The translations under genes were made by a program, and so were the position numbers. Below are positions 1 through 13,133 of a DNA stretch of 64,000 bases, in pieces. The notes under the pieces were generated by a model that saw only the letters and a program-made list of their open reading frames with translations, was not told where the DNA came from and searched no databases. The stretch is from Squalus acanthias. Taxonomy: Eukaryota. Where the stretch lies: assembly GCA_030390025.1 (NCBI GenBank), contig CM059432.1, forward strand, positions 69,752,001 through 69,816,000, written 5' to 3'. Positions within the stretch are counted from its first letter, which is position 1; each line of letters opens with the position of its first letter.

Positions 1-270
1 ATGATGCGCTTCAGGTGCCTAGATAGGTCTGGAGGCACCCTTTAGTACTCGCCAGCGAGGGTGTCCAGAATGATATTGGTGTTCTGCGTCCTGCACAACA
101 TTGCGCAGCAGAGAGGATTAGAGATGGAGGATGACCAAGGCACTCATCAATCATCTTATGAAGAGAACATTGAAGAAAAGGAGGACATAGATGACAAGCA
201 ATATAAAAATGGGGCACTTATTGCCAGACCAGCCGTGTACATTGCTGCCAGGGATACCCTAAGAGCTTGA
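1..270 (+). pseudogene. PIF/Harbinger (HARBI1-like) transposase 3' fragment
   Basis: Frame 1 reads MMRFRCLDRSGGTL*YSPARVSRMILVFCVLHNIAQQRG followed by an acidic tail. This is the same C-terminal motif (FxCLDRSGG..QYS...CCMLHN) as the other Harbinger copies in the window. In-frame stop present. Confidence 0.8.
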
Positions 271-456
271 GGGTTCACACTAGAAAACAATGATATTCTC
301 CGGCCCACTTCCACCACCACCACGCTTCCCTTTACACAAAACAGTCCTTCAACCAAGTATACACCCATTGCACATCTCCCCAATGGGTCCCGTCATGTAT
401 TGATATTCATCATGAAGCAACTGAAAGGGCGAGTTGGACAAGACGGGGAAATGATG

Positions 457-1093
457 TGTTAGCATTCAACCTCATTCCTTCTATGGTTCACAACAACACG
501 TTTCGAGTAAACACAAGACACTTGATAGTAGAATATACAGAACAGACTTTATTGATATACAACACAGTGATCGGCCTAACAGTATACAAAGAGAGCAGCT
601 TTTTGGCTTCAAGTTCTATCTTTTGAGCCCTCTGAAGAACTGTTGCAAACCATGCTCCTTTAAAAATCATATTTTGCCTACATCAAAGGTACATGTCACA
701 GATAAGACCTCAAGATGTATCTATTCCAAATCCTTTGAAGACAAACTATTCACGTAAACATTTGTAGTTGTTTATTACAAAGCTACTTCCCTCAAACAAT
801 GCTTCCTGACTGTACTGTTCACAACCTCTTTGAAGAACAGGCTTTATTAACCATTATCTTACTACACTATAGCTATACCGCTAACTATGTGTTTTACCCT
901 AGCCCTTAATGTTTCCTTACATAAGCACTTCTCGCTTCAGAAGACAAGCTACGCATTCCTCTCACAACACTGCAAAGCCATCCTGTTTATATTGGAAAAC
1001 CTGTTGGTCCAAGATACAAAGAAGTTTGACTATTAACCCTTAACTCTTAACTCCCCAAGATGTCCAACATACAACTCTCCAGGATGTCCAACA
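457..1093 (-). mobile_element. Solo LTR (~637 bp) inserted into the Harbinger element
   Basis: Begins TGTTAG and ends CCAACA (TGTT...AACA inverted termini). Flanked by the 5-bp direct repeat TGATG (452-456, 1094-1098). AATAAA on the minus strand at ~548-553. Confidence 0.65.
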
Positions 1094-1099
1094 TGATGC

Positions 1100-2560
1100 A
1101 AATCATTAAATTTTATGTGCCGTTATAGAAAAAGGAAACTTAACAACATAACATAACATTTTGTTAAACACCCATGTGCATACCCTTGGTGAATTACACT
1201 TCCTACCACATGGTGTATCCCCAACAGCTTCAGCAAAGGTAGAGGCAGGCTACTCAGATCCTTGCTGTGACTGCTGAGATACTTTTGGCTTACGACCTCT
1301 GGGTTTTAGAACCCATGAGGGCTCTGCTTAAGACTGCGCCACCTACACCTGTACAGGGGCAGACTTGGCCATCGGGAGATGAGGCACCATGTTGGGTACT
1401 GGCTGAGAATTGGGCAACAGGTGAGAAGTGTGAGTGCTTTGAGTGGAGTTTCTACTTCCATGTCCCCTTTCACCATCATCCCTCTCCTGGCCCAGCACCA
1501 AATCACTCCTACCATTCTGTTGGAGAGCAGCTTGGTGTAGATCAATGACATGTTGTAAGGCCATGGATAAGGTATCTGTCGTCCTGGTTAAAACAGCAGA
1601 CATCTCCTGCATGGCCGTTGTCATGGCCTGCATAGACTCATTTGAGAGCCTTGCTTGAAGCTCCATGGAGGTGGCTACTCTTTCCATTGGCAGACATTCT
1701 CGCAAATACCTGCGACACCAATCCACTACTTTTGGAGCTGAACTCCTCCATCCTCTCCGTTATTGTGGAGAATGTGTGTGGCACGTCTCCCAGTACGTCG
1801 CAAAGTTACTGCTGTACCTCTATCATTCTCCTTCTCAACAGTGGCTCTCAGGGTTCAGCACCTGTTTCCAGCTGGGCAGAGCTTGGGGAGGATTCCGCCC
1901 CGACGCGGACTCTCCACAGCTATTCTTGCCACCAGTGTCTGCTCGTGCACACTTGCAAATTGTGAATCACCAGGTGAAAATCCAACTAACTGTCTAACTG
2001 GACCCACCGAAGTGCGAGTATTTGCGCTGGTGCATGGCTGTACATCATGAAGATGCACCTTCAGAAGGAATGAGGTCCTCTGAGGAATTATCATTAGGCA
2101 TGTTCACAGACAGTTGCTATATGTATGAAGGCCCTGGAAGACAAAAGAAATGGATATGAATTAGTCCTGGCAAATTAAAAAACTTTACAATCACCATACT
2201 CAGGCTTCTTATAGTTCAGTAATTGATAAAGTAAAGACAGCATGTGTGTCAGAGATATTTTTAATTCTGTCACCAGGCATCTGCATGTTCCTAGTCTCTC
2301 CATCTGCAGCAGAGGTATGACCACTGAGTTCTTAACCTTAAGACTGCTATCTAAAACTGGAGGCGGAAGAACTCTAGTCCTGAAGATCTTTAGGGAGTTG
2401 CAAACAAAAAGCTGCCACTTGCCTTTTTTGGTCCATAGCCTTGCTATGTGCCCCTCTTAGATGCTCCTATCTGAGGGAGCCAGACACAAGGAACAGGCAC
2501 CAACTTTTTTTGGGCATCCCTTCAAATGGGCGCCCACCTGGCAACCTGAGGAAAATGAAG
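1100..2560 (-). mobile_element. Decayed remainder of a Harbinger element (second, Myb/SANT-type gene region)
   Basis: Minus-strand ORF pieces (MERVATSMELQARLSNESMQAMTTAMQ) resemble the helical C-terminal part of the second ORFs of the other Harbingers here. Convergent with the transposase at 1-270. Confidence 0.45.
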
Positions 2561-3229
2561 TGGGAGACCCCGTCACATAGTTGTGTCTGCTTGGAGCTTA
2601 ACCACTCTGCCTCTTCTTGAGGTAGCCTAAGAACATTCCTGTGTAAAATTAAAAGAATTGAAAATATCTAGGGCAGAAAGGAGAGAAAAATCAGGGACTT
2701 CCTTATTTCTCTAGTAATCTGAGCCCTTACATATAAATATAAATTACATATAAATATATATAAATATGGTCTCAGCTTAGTTTTACATTTTCCATGTCTG
2801 GAGAATGTCTTTAGTTGGAACAGTATATTCTGTACCTGTAGTTATTTATTACTTAATGATTAGTATCATGTTACTAATTCCATAATAGCTTAGAAGCCAC
2901 CCACATAAGTAGGACTTTACACCATTATTAGTGCATTACAAAAGATATGATATGAGAAAGACTATTATTATGTTACTCATTTCTGTGGTCCTTGTGACTT
3001 GGATATTTCACAATGTATATTACAAGAATACTTTTACAAGTATATCATCTTCATACAACAAATTACACAAACACAAGATATATTGTAGGAGTGATGAGAG
3101 CAGGCAGTTTCAACCACTCATTATCCAAACAAAAAGGATAGATATAAGTATTTTAAGATGCTCCCTTAATGTATTTAATAATCGCATGTGACAATAAGCA
3201 GATCTAATCTGAAATATCTTTTTCTTCAG

Positions 3230-3311
3230 TTAGTGGATGGTTCCTTGACAAAGTCATCATTAACTATGAAGAGAATAACTACGAGTATGAATACGTTTTC
3301 ATTTGCAACAG
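3230..3311 (+). CDS. Host PLAT-domain gene exon (xSGWFLDKVIINYEENNYEYEYVFICNR)
   Basis: Acceptor tttcttcag|, donor AG|gtacac. Classic PLAT motif GWFLDKVII...FxCNR. Confidence 0.85.
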
Positions 3312-3434
3312 GTACACCCTGAATTTAAAAATTGTCCTGAATTGCTGAATTAGGCACCAAATTTAAACAATATAACTAGTCTGGACAACCTTTGAGTTTA
3401 TTTACTATACATTAATAATTTATTAAACTGACAG

Positions 3435-3490
3435 GTGGCTAGATGTGAATCGGGAAGATCAAAAAACTGAGAGAGAACTGATAGCAAAAA
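3435..3490 (+). CDS. Host PLAT-domain gene exon (RWLDVNREDQKTERELIAK)
   Basis: Acceptor acag|, donor A|gtaagt. Continues the previous exon in phase (AG|G = Arg) to give the PLAT end motif CNRWLD....D...EREL. Confidence 0.85.
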
Positions 3491-3599
3491 GTAAGTATAA
3501 GAATACATTTTTTTCTATCAGCGTATGTAGTTACTGTTTGATGAATCATACTGTAAATTAACAAATGCTAAATAGCAAGTTACATTTGTATAATGCCAG

Positions 3600-4690
3600 C
3601 CTTCATGAGGAGGGGGTCGATGGGGATTTGAACACCAAAAAAGAATTGAGAGAAGAGTTAAGGGAGGTGATCAACAGTGAAGTTTGAAGGGGTAGGTTTT
3701 GAGGAGGTTCTTGATCTCGATTTGCGTATTAAAAGGGGCTTACTGCCTGAGATAATGGTAGGCCCCTTTCTGGCCTCTTCATCGGTTTTAATGGGATGGT
3801 AAGGCTACCGGCTCCATTTTGAGGCCATTACTGCCCTGTTTACGTCAGCTGATAAAGTGAAAATTGACCCCAGAAAGTCAAGTTGAGATGTAATGCTGGA
3901 GGAAGTTGCAGAAGTAGGGTGAAGAGAAGCCATGTCACGAGTGAGAATTTTGAGATTAATGCTTTGGGAGATGGGGAGCCTGTGAAGATTGGCAAGGACA
4001 GGAGTGAAGGATGAGTGGGACTTAGGAGAGGATAGGATACAGGAGTCATGGAGGAGTTGGAGTTTGTGAAGGGTGCAGCTCAGCATACTAGCATAAAGAA
4101 CATTAGAGAAATCTAGCGTGGAGGTGACAGAGACGAGGGTGAGATAGGCAATATTTTGGTCTTGGTGATGTTGGATATGAAGCTCAGGGTTGAGCAGGAC
4201 TTCAAGATTATGGATTATTGGGTTTAGTCTGAATGGACAGCCAGAGAGAAGAATGTAATTGGAGGATAGTGAGTGGAGTTTCTGGTGAGAATTGATTAGG
4301 ATGGCTTTGGTCTTTCTGGAGGGAAGTGTGGTTCATTAATGATTTGAAATTGGATAGTCAGCACAACAACAGCTATGAAGTTCAGGTCGATGATAGAGTT
4401 GTAAAGCTAGATATCATCAGCATACATATGGAAGTTGGCCTTATGCATTGGATCATATTACCTAAAATAAGCATATATAGAAACAAAAAGAGGGAGCCAA
4501 GGATGGAACCTTGGGTTATGCCAGAAGAGCCTTTACTGGCTTGCAAGGAGAAGTCATGAAAAAGAAAGGTTGACTATGATGGAACACATAGGAACTAAAC
4601 TCTGAAAGGACATAGGAGATGAACCATGGAGGAGAGGTGGTAGAAGACAATGGAGTTATTGGCCATATCAAAGATAGCAGAGAAGAGGTA
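3600..4690 (-). mobile_element. Decayed L2-clade LINE 3' region
   Basis: Minus ORF 3805-4086 contains SFTPVLANLHRLPISQSINLKIL, like the L2 ORF2 C-terminal H(I)TPVL..LHWLP....I.FKIL motif. Boundaries approximate. Confidence 0.6.
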
Positions 4691-4916
4691 TCATCGGGTG
4701 AACAGGGAATTCTATTTCCTGTGGTTGGGGAATCAGTGATGAAGGGTCATCAATTGAAAATTATCACTAAAAGAGTGACAAGAGAAGTTAAGAGAAAATT
4801 GTTCGAGCATGGGATACTTTGACACAAGGAATAGCTGAGGCAGAGACCATTGCATTTTTAAGGCAAGAGTAGATAAACATTTGAAGCAGAGGAAAATACA
4901 AGGCTACAGGGAGAAT

Positions 4917-7900
4917 TTTTTCTCCTTCAAGTATTTATCCAAAATCCCTTTTGAAGGCTACTATTGAATCTGTATCCACCACCCTATCAGGTAGTGCATT
5001 CAAAATCCTAACCACTCATTGCATAAAAAAGTTTTTCCTCATGTTGCCTCTGGTTGTTTTGCCAGTCACCTTAAATCTGTGCCCTCTTGTTATCAACCCT
5101 TCAGCCATTGGAAACAGTTTATCTTTATTTACTCGGTATCTAAATCCTTCATGATTTTAAACACCTCTATCAAATCTCCGCTTCGCCTTCTCTGCTCCAA
5201 GGAGAACAACCCCAGCTACTCTAGTCTATCCACGTAACTGTAATCCCTCATCCCTGGAACCATTCTAGTAAATCTCTTCTGTACCCTCTCCAAAGCCTTC
5301 ACGTCCTTCCTAAAGTGTGGTGCCCAGAATTGCACACAGTACTCCAGCTGGTGCTGAACTAGTGTTTTATACAGTTTTAGCATAACTTCCTGGCTATTGT
5401 ACTCTATGCTTCTATTTATAAAGCTCAGGATCCCATATGCTTTATTAACTGCGTTATTAACCTGTCCTGCCACCTTCAAAGATTTGTGCACAAGCACCCC
5501 CAAGTCACTCTGTTCTTGCACCCCCTTTAAAATTGTACCATTTAGCGTGTATGGTTTCTCCTCATTCTTCCGACCAAAATGTATCACCTCACACTTCTCT
5601 GCATTGAATTTCATCTGTCATGTGTCCACCCATTCCACCAGCCTGTCTATGTCTTCTTGAACTCTATTACTATCTTTCTCACTGTTTGCTACACTTCCAA
5701 GTTTCATGTCATTTGCAAATTTCAAAATTGTGCCCTTTACCCCAAGTCCAAGTCATTAATGTATATCAAAAACAGCAGTGGTCCTAGTACTGAACCTTGG
5801 GGAACGTCACTGTATACCTCCCTCCAATCCGAAACACAGCCATTCATCACAACTCTCTTTTCCATCCCTTAGCCAATTTTGTATCCATGCTGCTACTGCC
5901 CTTTTTATCCCATGGGCTTCAATTTTGCTAACAAGCTTAGTATGTGGTACTTTATCAAACGCCTTTTGAAAGTCCATATACACCACATCAACTAAACTGC
6001 CCTTATCCACACTCTCTGTTACCTCATCAAAAAACTCAATCAAGTTAGTCAAACACGATTTGCCCTTAACAAATCAGTGCTCTCTCTCCTTTATTAGTCC
6101 ATGGTTGTCCAAGTGGCTGTTAATTTTCTCCCAGATTATTGTTTCTAAAAGCTTCTCCACCACCGACGTTAAACTAATTGGCCTGTAATTGCCAGGTTTA
6201 TCCTTCTCCCCTTTTTTGAACAAGGGTGAAAGATTTGCATACTCCAGTCCTTTGGCACCATCCCTGTATCTAAGGAGGATTGGAAGATTGTGGCCAGCAC
6301 CTCCACAATTTCTAGCCTTCCTTCCCTCAGCAATCTACGATTCATGCCATCCGGACCAGGTGATTTATCCAATTTAATTACCACCAGCCTTTCCAGAACC
6401 TCCTCTTTATCTATTTTTATCTCATCCAGTATTCCAGCAAGCTCCTCATTTACCATAGCTTTGGCAAAGTCCTCTTCCTTGGTAAACACCAATGCAAAGT
6501 ACTCATTTAGTACCTCAGCCATGCCTTCTGCCTCCACTATTAGTTATCCATTTTGTTCCCTAATCAGCCCCACGGCTCTTCTGACAACTCTTTTACTGTT
6601 AATATGCCTATAGAAGACCTTTGGATTCCCTTTTATGTTTGCCACCAATCGATTCTCGGACTGTATCGTTGCCCCACTTATTTCCTTTTTCACTTCTCCT
6701 TTGTACTTTTTATATTCAGCTTGATTCGCCCTTGTATTATTAAGCTGACATCTGTCATATGCCACCGTTTTCTGCTTCATCCTACTCTCCAACTCCTTCG
6801 TCATTCAGGGAGATCTGGCTTTGGTTGCCCTCCCTCACTCCCTTGTGGGAATGTACCTAGAATGTACCCGAACCATTTTCTCTTTAAAGGCTGCCCATTG
6901 CTCCATTACATTTTTGCTTGGCAGTATTTGACTTCAATTTACCCAGGCCAGATCCCTCCTCAATTCGTTGAAATTAGCCCTCCTCCAGTTAAGTATTTTT
7001 ATTCTGCATTGCTTCTTGTCCTTCATTGTTCTTGCACCTCTCAGTAATTTCTTTGCAAATCTGCTCCTCTATCTCCTTCTCACTATTTGGTGGTCTATAG
7101 AATACACTAAGTAGTGTAATAGCTCCTTTATTGTTTCTCAACTCCAACCAACTAGATTCTGTCTTTGATCCCTTAAGGACATTCTCTCTTTCTAGCGCTG
7201 TAATATTTTCCTTAATCAAAACCTCCTTTTTTCCTTCCCTATCTTTCCTGAATACCTTGTACCCAGGAATATTAAGCAACCAATCCTCCCCTTTTTTGAG
7301 CCAGGTCTCCGTTATCACCACAACATCATATTCCCATGTGGCTATTTGCGCCTGCAGCTCACCAACCTCATTAACCACACTTCATGCATTTACACACAGG
7401 CACTCCAAACCTAACTTAGACCTCTTTGTATTTTCTATGATCCCACCTAATTCTGTATTATTTCTAACTCTTACTGTCTCTCCTAGTCCTCTGTGCACCT
7501 TGTTTCTACTTTTTAATACTACATCCTGGTACCCAACCCCCTGGCGAATTAGTTTAAACCCACTCTCACAGTACTACTTAACCTGACCACAAGGATATTG
7601 GTCCCAGCTCTTTTCAGGTGCAACCCATTCATCTTGAACAGGTCCCTCCTGCCACAGAACTGGTCCCAATGTCCCAGGAATCTGAAGTCCTCCCTCTAGC
7701 CACACATTAACCTGCCATATCCTCCTATTTCTACTCTCACTGGCGCGTGGCACTGGGAGTAATCCACAGATTACAACCTTTGAGGTCCTGCTCTTTAACT
7801 TCCTCCCAGCTCAATTAACTCTGACTGCAGGACCTCAACCCTCTTCCTCCCTATGTCATTGGATCCGACATGGACCACGACTTCTGGCTCTTCCCCTTCC

Positions 7901-8230
7901 CCCCGCAGAATATTCTGCACGCTCTCCATGATATCCCTTACCCTGGCACCAGGGAGGCAACATACCATATGGGTCTCATGTCGGCGGTAGCAGAACTGCC
8001 TGTCTGTCCCCCTGACTATCGAATCCCCAATTACTACAGCGTTCCTACACTTTTGCTGCAACCCCCTGTGCAGTCCTTTGCCTCATGGTGCCAGGCTTTG
8101 GACCGCACTCCTTCGAGATGTCATCACCCTCACTACTCTTCAATGCTAAATATCAGTTTGAGAGTGCTACACTCCCGGAGGATTCCTGCACTATTTACTT
8201 CTTCCTACCCTTCCGGGTAGCCACCCACTT
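4917..8230 (-). mobile_element. Near full-length, disrupted CR1 LINE (ORF1 esterase + ORF2 endonuclease/RT)
   Basis: ORF1 SGNH esterase motifs VVIGDSIVRG/VCCLPGA/VVHVGSND (7795-8061). APE endonuclease DVVVITETWL...YRPPNS (6989-7378). RT pieces KSPGPDG, VYMDFQKAFDKVPH, MKFNAEKCEVIHFG, LEYCVQFWAPH. Multiple frameshifts. Confidence 0.9.
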
Positions 8231-8239
8231 GCTATTCTG

Positions 8240-8968
8240 AACTCTGTCTGTGGGGTGACAAGGCAGCAGTCGGGGACCACTGGAGACGGTCACCGGCAAT
8301 CGAGAAGATCGGTGGGGGGCTCGGAGCGCAGCAGCAAGGAGGGAGGGAGAGATCGTTGTGGGGGGGTGCGGGTGGGGGGGGTTGCCCAAGAAATCGCAGG
8401 GGAGGGTGGGAGGGACAGATGACGGGGGTGGTGGTGGAGAGATCACAGGGGGGATTGCGGGGGGCAAGATCACGGTGGGGGGTGGGTCCAAGAGATCGCG
8501 GGGAGGAGAGAAAGGATTGTGGAAGGAGAGATCGGATCGCAGGGAGCAGAGCGGATCACGGAGGCGGGAGGCGGGGGGGTGCGGGGGGTTGGTGGGGGAG
8601 GGGAGAGATCGCGGCAGGTTTACTTGAGGGGCTGGGAGTTAAGCTTTCCTGCGTCTCCTGGAAAGCACTTACCTGTTGGATCTGGCTGCTCCTGTCTTGC
8701 TTTAGTTGCTGGGTTTCCCGAGCCCTGGGAAAACCAGCCCACAGTCGTCAAATTTAAATGCTGCCAAAATCTGAGGAATGTAGCCTCATTAATGTATTAA
8801 AATCACTGACCCGTCTCTCCAGAGCGGGTTACTCGTCCGAGCCCAAACCTGCCCCGGTTAAACCAGAAGTATGCACGCTCACGGCGGGTTGGGGTCGGGT
8901 TTCACATTTTTTTCCAATTTAACCCCCTGACCCTCTCCCGCCCGTCATCGGGGAGTTAAAATTCCCCC
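8240..8968. mobile_element. Non-autonomous Harbinger-type element/MITE fragment
   Basis: Ends in GTTAAAATTCCCCC like the other Harbinger termini here. G-rich GATCG repeats, and the internal CACTTACCTG...CCCTGGGAAAACC block is shared with 45445-46120. Confidence 0.5.
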
Positions 8969-9331
8969 TAATATCTCTGCTATACCTTCATCCTCCACAA
9001 TTAAACTCTCTCCTTAATCCTGAATAGTGTTACCTTCTCCCTTTGCACCATTTTATATTTCTCATGGTTATTTTTCATATTGTTAGCCATAATTTTATCA
9101 TATGCCCCCATTTAAGTTTCAGTTTAGTTTTGACCTGCCCATTTATCCACAGAACGCTATCCGTTGATATATATTTATATTGTATTCTATCCATCTCATA
9201 TTTGAAGATTTCCCACTTCTCATCTATCAACCCATTTTTTAACTTATCTGGTAAGTTAATTAGGGCCCGATCTCGCTTTTCATTGAACTTTTCCCTTTTA
9301 CAGTCCAGCACACCTATCTTTACTCTAAATT

Positions 9332-10092
9332 GGCCCAGAAATTAAACATGGATGGTTCCCGCAGGGGTAAGGATTCCCCGCGATATCGCACTCCGCGCCT
9401 ACCTTTTTGCTCCGGGCCCACACGAACTTTAGTTTCAAACGCTCTCTCTGTTGGAACCGTGCAGTGCTTGCGTGACCCAGAGGCGCAATTAGTTCGTGCG
9501 AGCTCTGGGATCACGTGATTTAGTTAGAGCCAATGGCAGCACACCATCTTTCATTCATAGTTTTGACGGCAAGAGCTGTCAAAGCTATGAATACTACACA
9601 CCCCCAAAAGAACAGCTAAACCTCAATTAAATTTAAAAAAAGCCATCACATTAATAAAATAAGTATAGTTAAATAAATTAACCACTTTAAACAAAAAATA
9701 AAATTTTGAAAAAATGTAAAATCTTTTTAAAAGTTATAAAATAAACTTACCTTTCTTTAAAGTCTCTAAAAAAGATAAACCTGTTGAAAAAAAATTAAAA
9801 TAACACTTAATTAACTACTTACCTTGTTAAAAGGGGGTCCTACGCCTGCTTTCTTTGTGTGTAAAATCTTCACCACTTACCTGCGCGTTCAAAGCTGGAA
9901 AAAAAACTAAGTGCACTGCGTGCGCACAGCCTGTAGTGCGCACGCGGTTCACTTAGGAACCGCCCCCTTTTCAATTCACGAAGTGCCGGTTTCCCGCGCA
10001 TGCGCAGTGCATGCAGGAAACCGGCAATTCGGGATCTAATACGCGAGAGTACACAGTGCGTACTCTCGCGTATTAGGTTTAATTTTCGGGCC
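9332..10092. mobile_element. Young Harbinger-type MITE, family A copy 1
   Basis: Termini GGCCCAGAAATT / AATTTTCGGGCC. Flanked by AAATT on both sides. Nearly identical copy at 32206-32969. Inserted in a decayed CR1. Confidence 0.85.
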
Positions 10093-10974
10093 AAATTATC
10101 TTTTTCTATTTTACATTGATCCAAACAATATTGTGGTCAATATTTCCCAACTATTCTCCTAATTTAGCATCAGTTATTTGCCCCATTTCATTTCCAAAAA
10201 CAAAATTAAGAAATGCTTGTTGGGCTCGAAACATACTGATCTAGAAAATAATCGTGGATACATTCTAAAAAGCTTTCCCCACTTTGACCACATGCAATAC
10301 CTTTATCCCAGTCTATTTTGACTATTTTATACCCCCAATACTTTTTCCCTGTTGTTCGTACTTATCTGTGTTGTATAACGTTGTAATGAGAGAGCAGATG
10401 CTCTCAACATTAAAAATGAACAGAGTGGGGCTCTGCAAGTGCATCGAAGCATATGAGAGAACTCCTTTGTGGCTGACCTCAGTGTGACCTGCACCAATGA
10501 TCAGTGCACAGTGTACCATAGCAATCCACAGACACCTGTCCGAGGCGTGTTGCTGCAATATAACTGTATTGGTTAACACATGACAATGTTCAATCCTATT
10601 CGCAACCAGATATTTGTCCCACTTTTCTTTGAAGGAATTAATTGACACAGCAGCAACTGCTTTTGCTGGGTCTGGTCCCACTACTCTGCGCAAAAACTTC
10701 AACTCTGCTTGAGGCTTATTAATTTAAAATCTGTATTTTTTAGTCCTGCATTCAAAGTCCAAGTCAAATTGCTTATTTCTATTATATCATTTATGCCCTT
10801 CAGCAAGTCTAAGATTATAAGTCCCTTCTCAATCTGGTTTCCAATGAATACAACATCAATTTATCTTGTAATTTAAAGCCCTATGTCCCAGACCATTCTT
10901 GTCACTCTTCTTTGAACCTCTCCAACATGCTAATGTCCTTTTCAAATATTATTATGTACCTTAAACAACTTACC

Positions 10975-12510
10975 TAGCACAAAGGAAGATGGTTGTAGTT
11001 GTTGAAGGCCAATCATCTCAGCCCCAGGACATCGTTGCAGGAGTTCCTTAGGGCAGTGTCCTAGACCCAACCATCTTCAGCTGCTTCATCAATGACTTTC
11101 CCTCCATCATAAGGTCAGAAGTGGGGATGTTCGCTGATGATTGCACAGTGTTCAGTTCCATTCGCAGCTCCTCAGATAATGAAGCAGTCCATGCCTGCAT
11201 GCTTGCACGCAGCAAGACTTGGACAACATTCAGGCTTGGGCTGATAAGTGACAAGTAACATTCGTGCCACACAAGTGCCAGGTAATGACCATCTCCAACA
11301 AGAGAAAGTCTAACCACCTCCCCTTGACATTCAATGGCATTACCATCATCGAAAACCCCATCATCAACATTCTGGGGGTTACCATTGACGAGAAACGTAA
11401 CTGGACCAGCCACATAAATACTGTGGCTACAAGAGCAGGTATTCTGTGGCAAGTGTCTCACCTCCTGACTCCCCAAAGCCTTTCCACCAGGAGTGTGATG
11501 GAATACTCTCCACTTACCTGGATGAGTGCAGCTCCAACAACACTCAAGAAGCTCGACACCATCCAGGACAATGCAGCCTGCTTGATTGGCACCCCATCCA
11601 CCACCTTAAACATTCACTGCTTCCACCACTGGTGCACCGTAACTGCAGTGTGTACCATCTACAAGATGCACTACAGCAGCTCACCAAAGCTTCTTTGACA
11701 ACAACTCCCAAACCCACGACTTCTGCCACCTAGAAGGACAAGGGCAGCAGAAGCATGGGAACACCACCACCTCCAAGTTCCCCTCCAAGTCACACATTTA
11801 GAATCATAGAAATTTACAGCAGAGAAGGAGGCCATTCGACCCATCATGTCTGTGCCGGCCGAAAGAGCTATCCAGCCTAATCCCACTTTCCAGCTCTTGG
11901 TCCATAGCCCTGTAGGTGATGAAATTTCAAGTGTTCATCGAAGTACTTTTTAAATGTGTTGAGGGTTTATGCCTCTACCTTTTTAGGCAGTGAGTTCCAG
12001 ACCCCCACCACCCTCTGGGGGAAACCATTTCTCCTCAACTCCCCTCTAATCCTTCTACCAATTACTTTAAAATGTATACTTGATTGGCACCCCATCCACC
12101 ACCTTAAACATTCACTCCCTCCACCACCGGCGCACCGTGGCTGCAGTGTGTACCATCTACAAGATGCACTGCAACAGCTCGCCAAAGCTTCTTCGGCAGC
12201 ACCACCCAAACCCGCGACCTCTGCCACCTAGAAGGACAAGGGCAGCAGCCACATGGGAACACCATCACCTGCAAGTTCCCCCCAAGTTACACACCATCCT
12301 GACTTGGAAATATATCGCCGTTCCTTCATCGTCGCTGGGTCAAAATCCTGGAACTCCCTCCTAACAGCAGTGTAGGAGCACTTTCACCACACGGACTGCA
12401 GTGGTTCAAGAAGGTGGCTCCTCACCACCTTTTCAAGGATAATTGGGGATGGACAATAAATGCTGACTTTGCCAGCGACGGCCACATCCTGTGAATGAAT
12501 TAAAAAAAAA
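10975..12510 (+). mobile_element. Non-LTR retrotransposon (CR1/Jockey-group) RT and 3' tail fragments, with an antisense CR1 3' end inside (~11800-12070)
   Basis: GVP*GSVL.PTIFSCFINDFPS...GMFADDCTV RT motifs; ILGVTIDEKRNWTSHIN. The 3' tail ...GGACAATAAATGCTG...GAATGAATTAAAAAAAAA is also seen at 15920-16085, 29685-29930 (-) and on the SINE at 30573-30993. Confidence 0.8.
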
Positions 12511-12551
12511 CTTAATCGCTAAAAAAAATTGTCAATGATAATTTGGAATCT

Positions 12552-13133
12552 GGGCCGAAATTCCTGAGTCATTCTGGCCTAACTCTAGCAGGAGTGCACC
12601 AGAAGGGCCAGAAAATAGGCTAGGACCTGAGTCCACCGTCCGCCCCCCACCCCCCCCACACCCCCAACTTGGAAATGAAAGTTTATGCTGTGGCTTCCCA
12701 GGTGAGGTGAGCTCCAGCCAACCATTATTAAATGTATTGACTTCCTACAAACCCTGCATACTTGAGGTAGGGGGCATGTGTAGTGGCAGAGGTCACTGGC
12801 ATTGTGGAGGGTGCGGGCATGATTGCCAGAGTCACATCCCTGAGGAGTTTCTGGGTCATTGATTTCAATTGTTGCAGTTACTATAGGAAAGAATTCAATG
12901 AAGAGGGGTGGGTGGAATTTTTCAACTAGCATCAAAAATGGACACAAAGTGAGCGGGGCGATTGTGTCACTCACCCTGATGTCACACCCAGCTGTTTTGG
13001 GCAGGAGACACTGTTGTATATAAATGAGACCCGAGAGTTAAAATGGATGGGCTAGGATGAAGCCTCCATGGGGGTGTCCCTCCCGCCCCACAACCTACCC
13101 AACCCAAATGCGCCCAGAATTAAAATCCACCCT
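12552..13133. mobile_element. Decayed Harbinger-type MITE
   Basis: Termini GGGCCGAAATT ... TTAAAATCCACCC; no coding capacity. Confidence 0.45.

Noticed and set aside
8195..8800. Pro-rich/Gly-rich ORFs (also 45433-46221)
   Set aside because: They arise from G-rich non-coding MITE interiors.
11580..12295. ~215-bp direct repeat flanking a CR1 3' fragment, possibly LTRs or a giant TSD
   Set aside because: Both copies are the same LINE 3' region with many differences and no TG..CA ends. Better explained as two insertions or an old local duplication.
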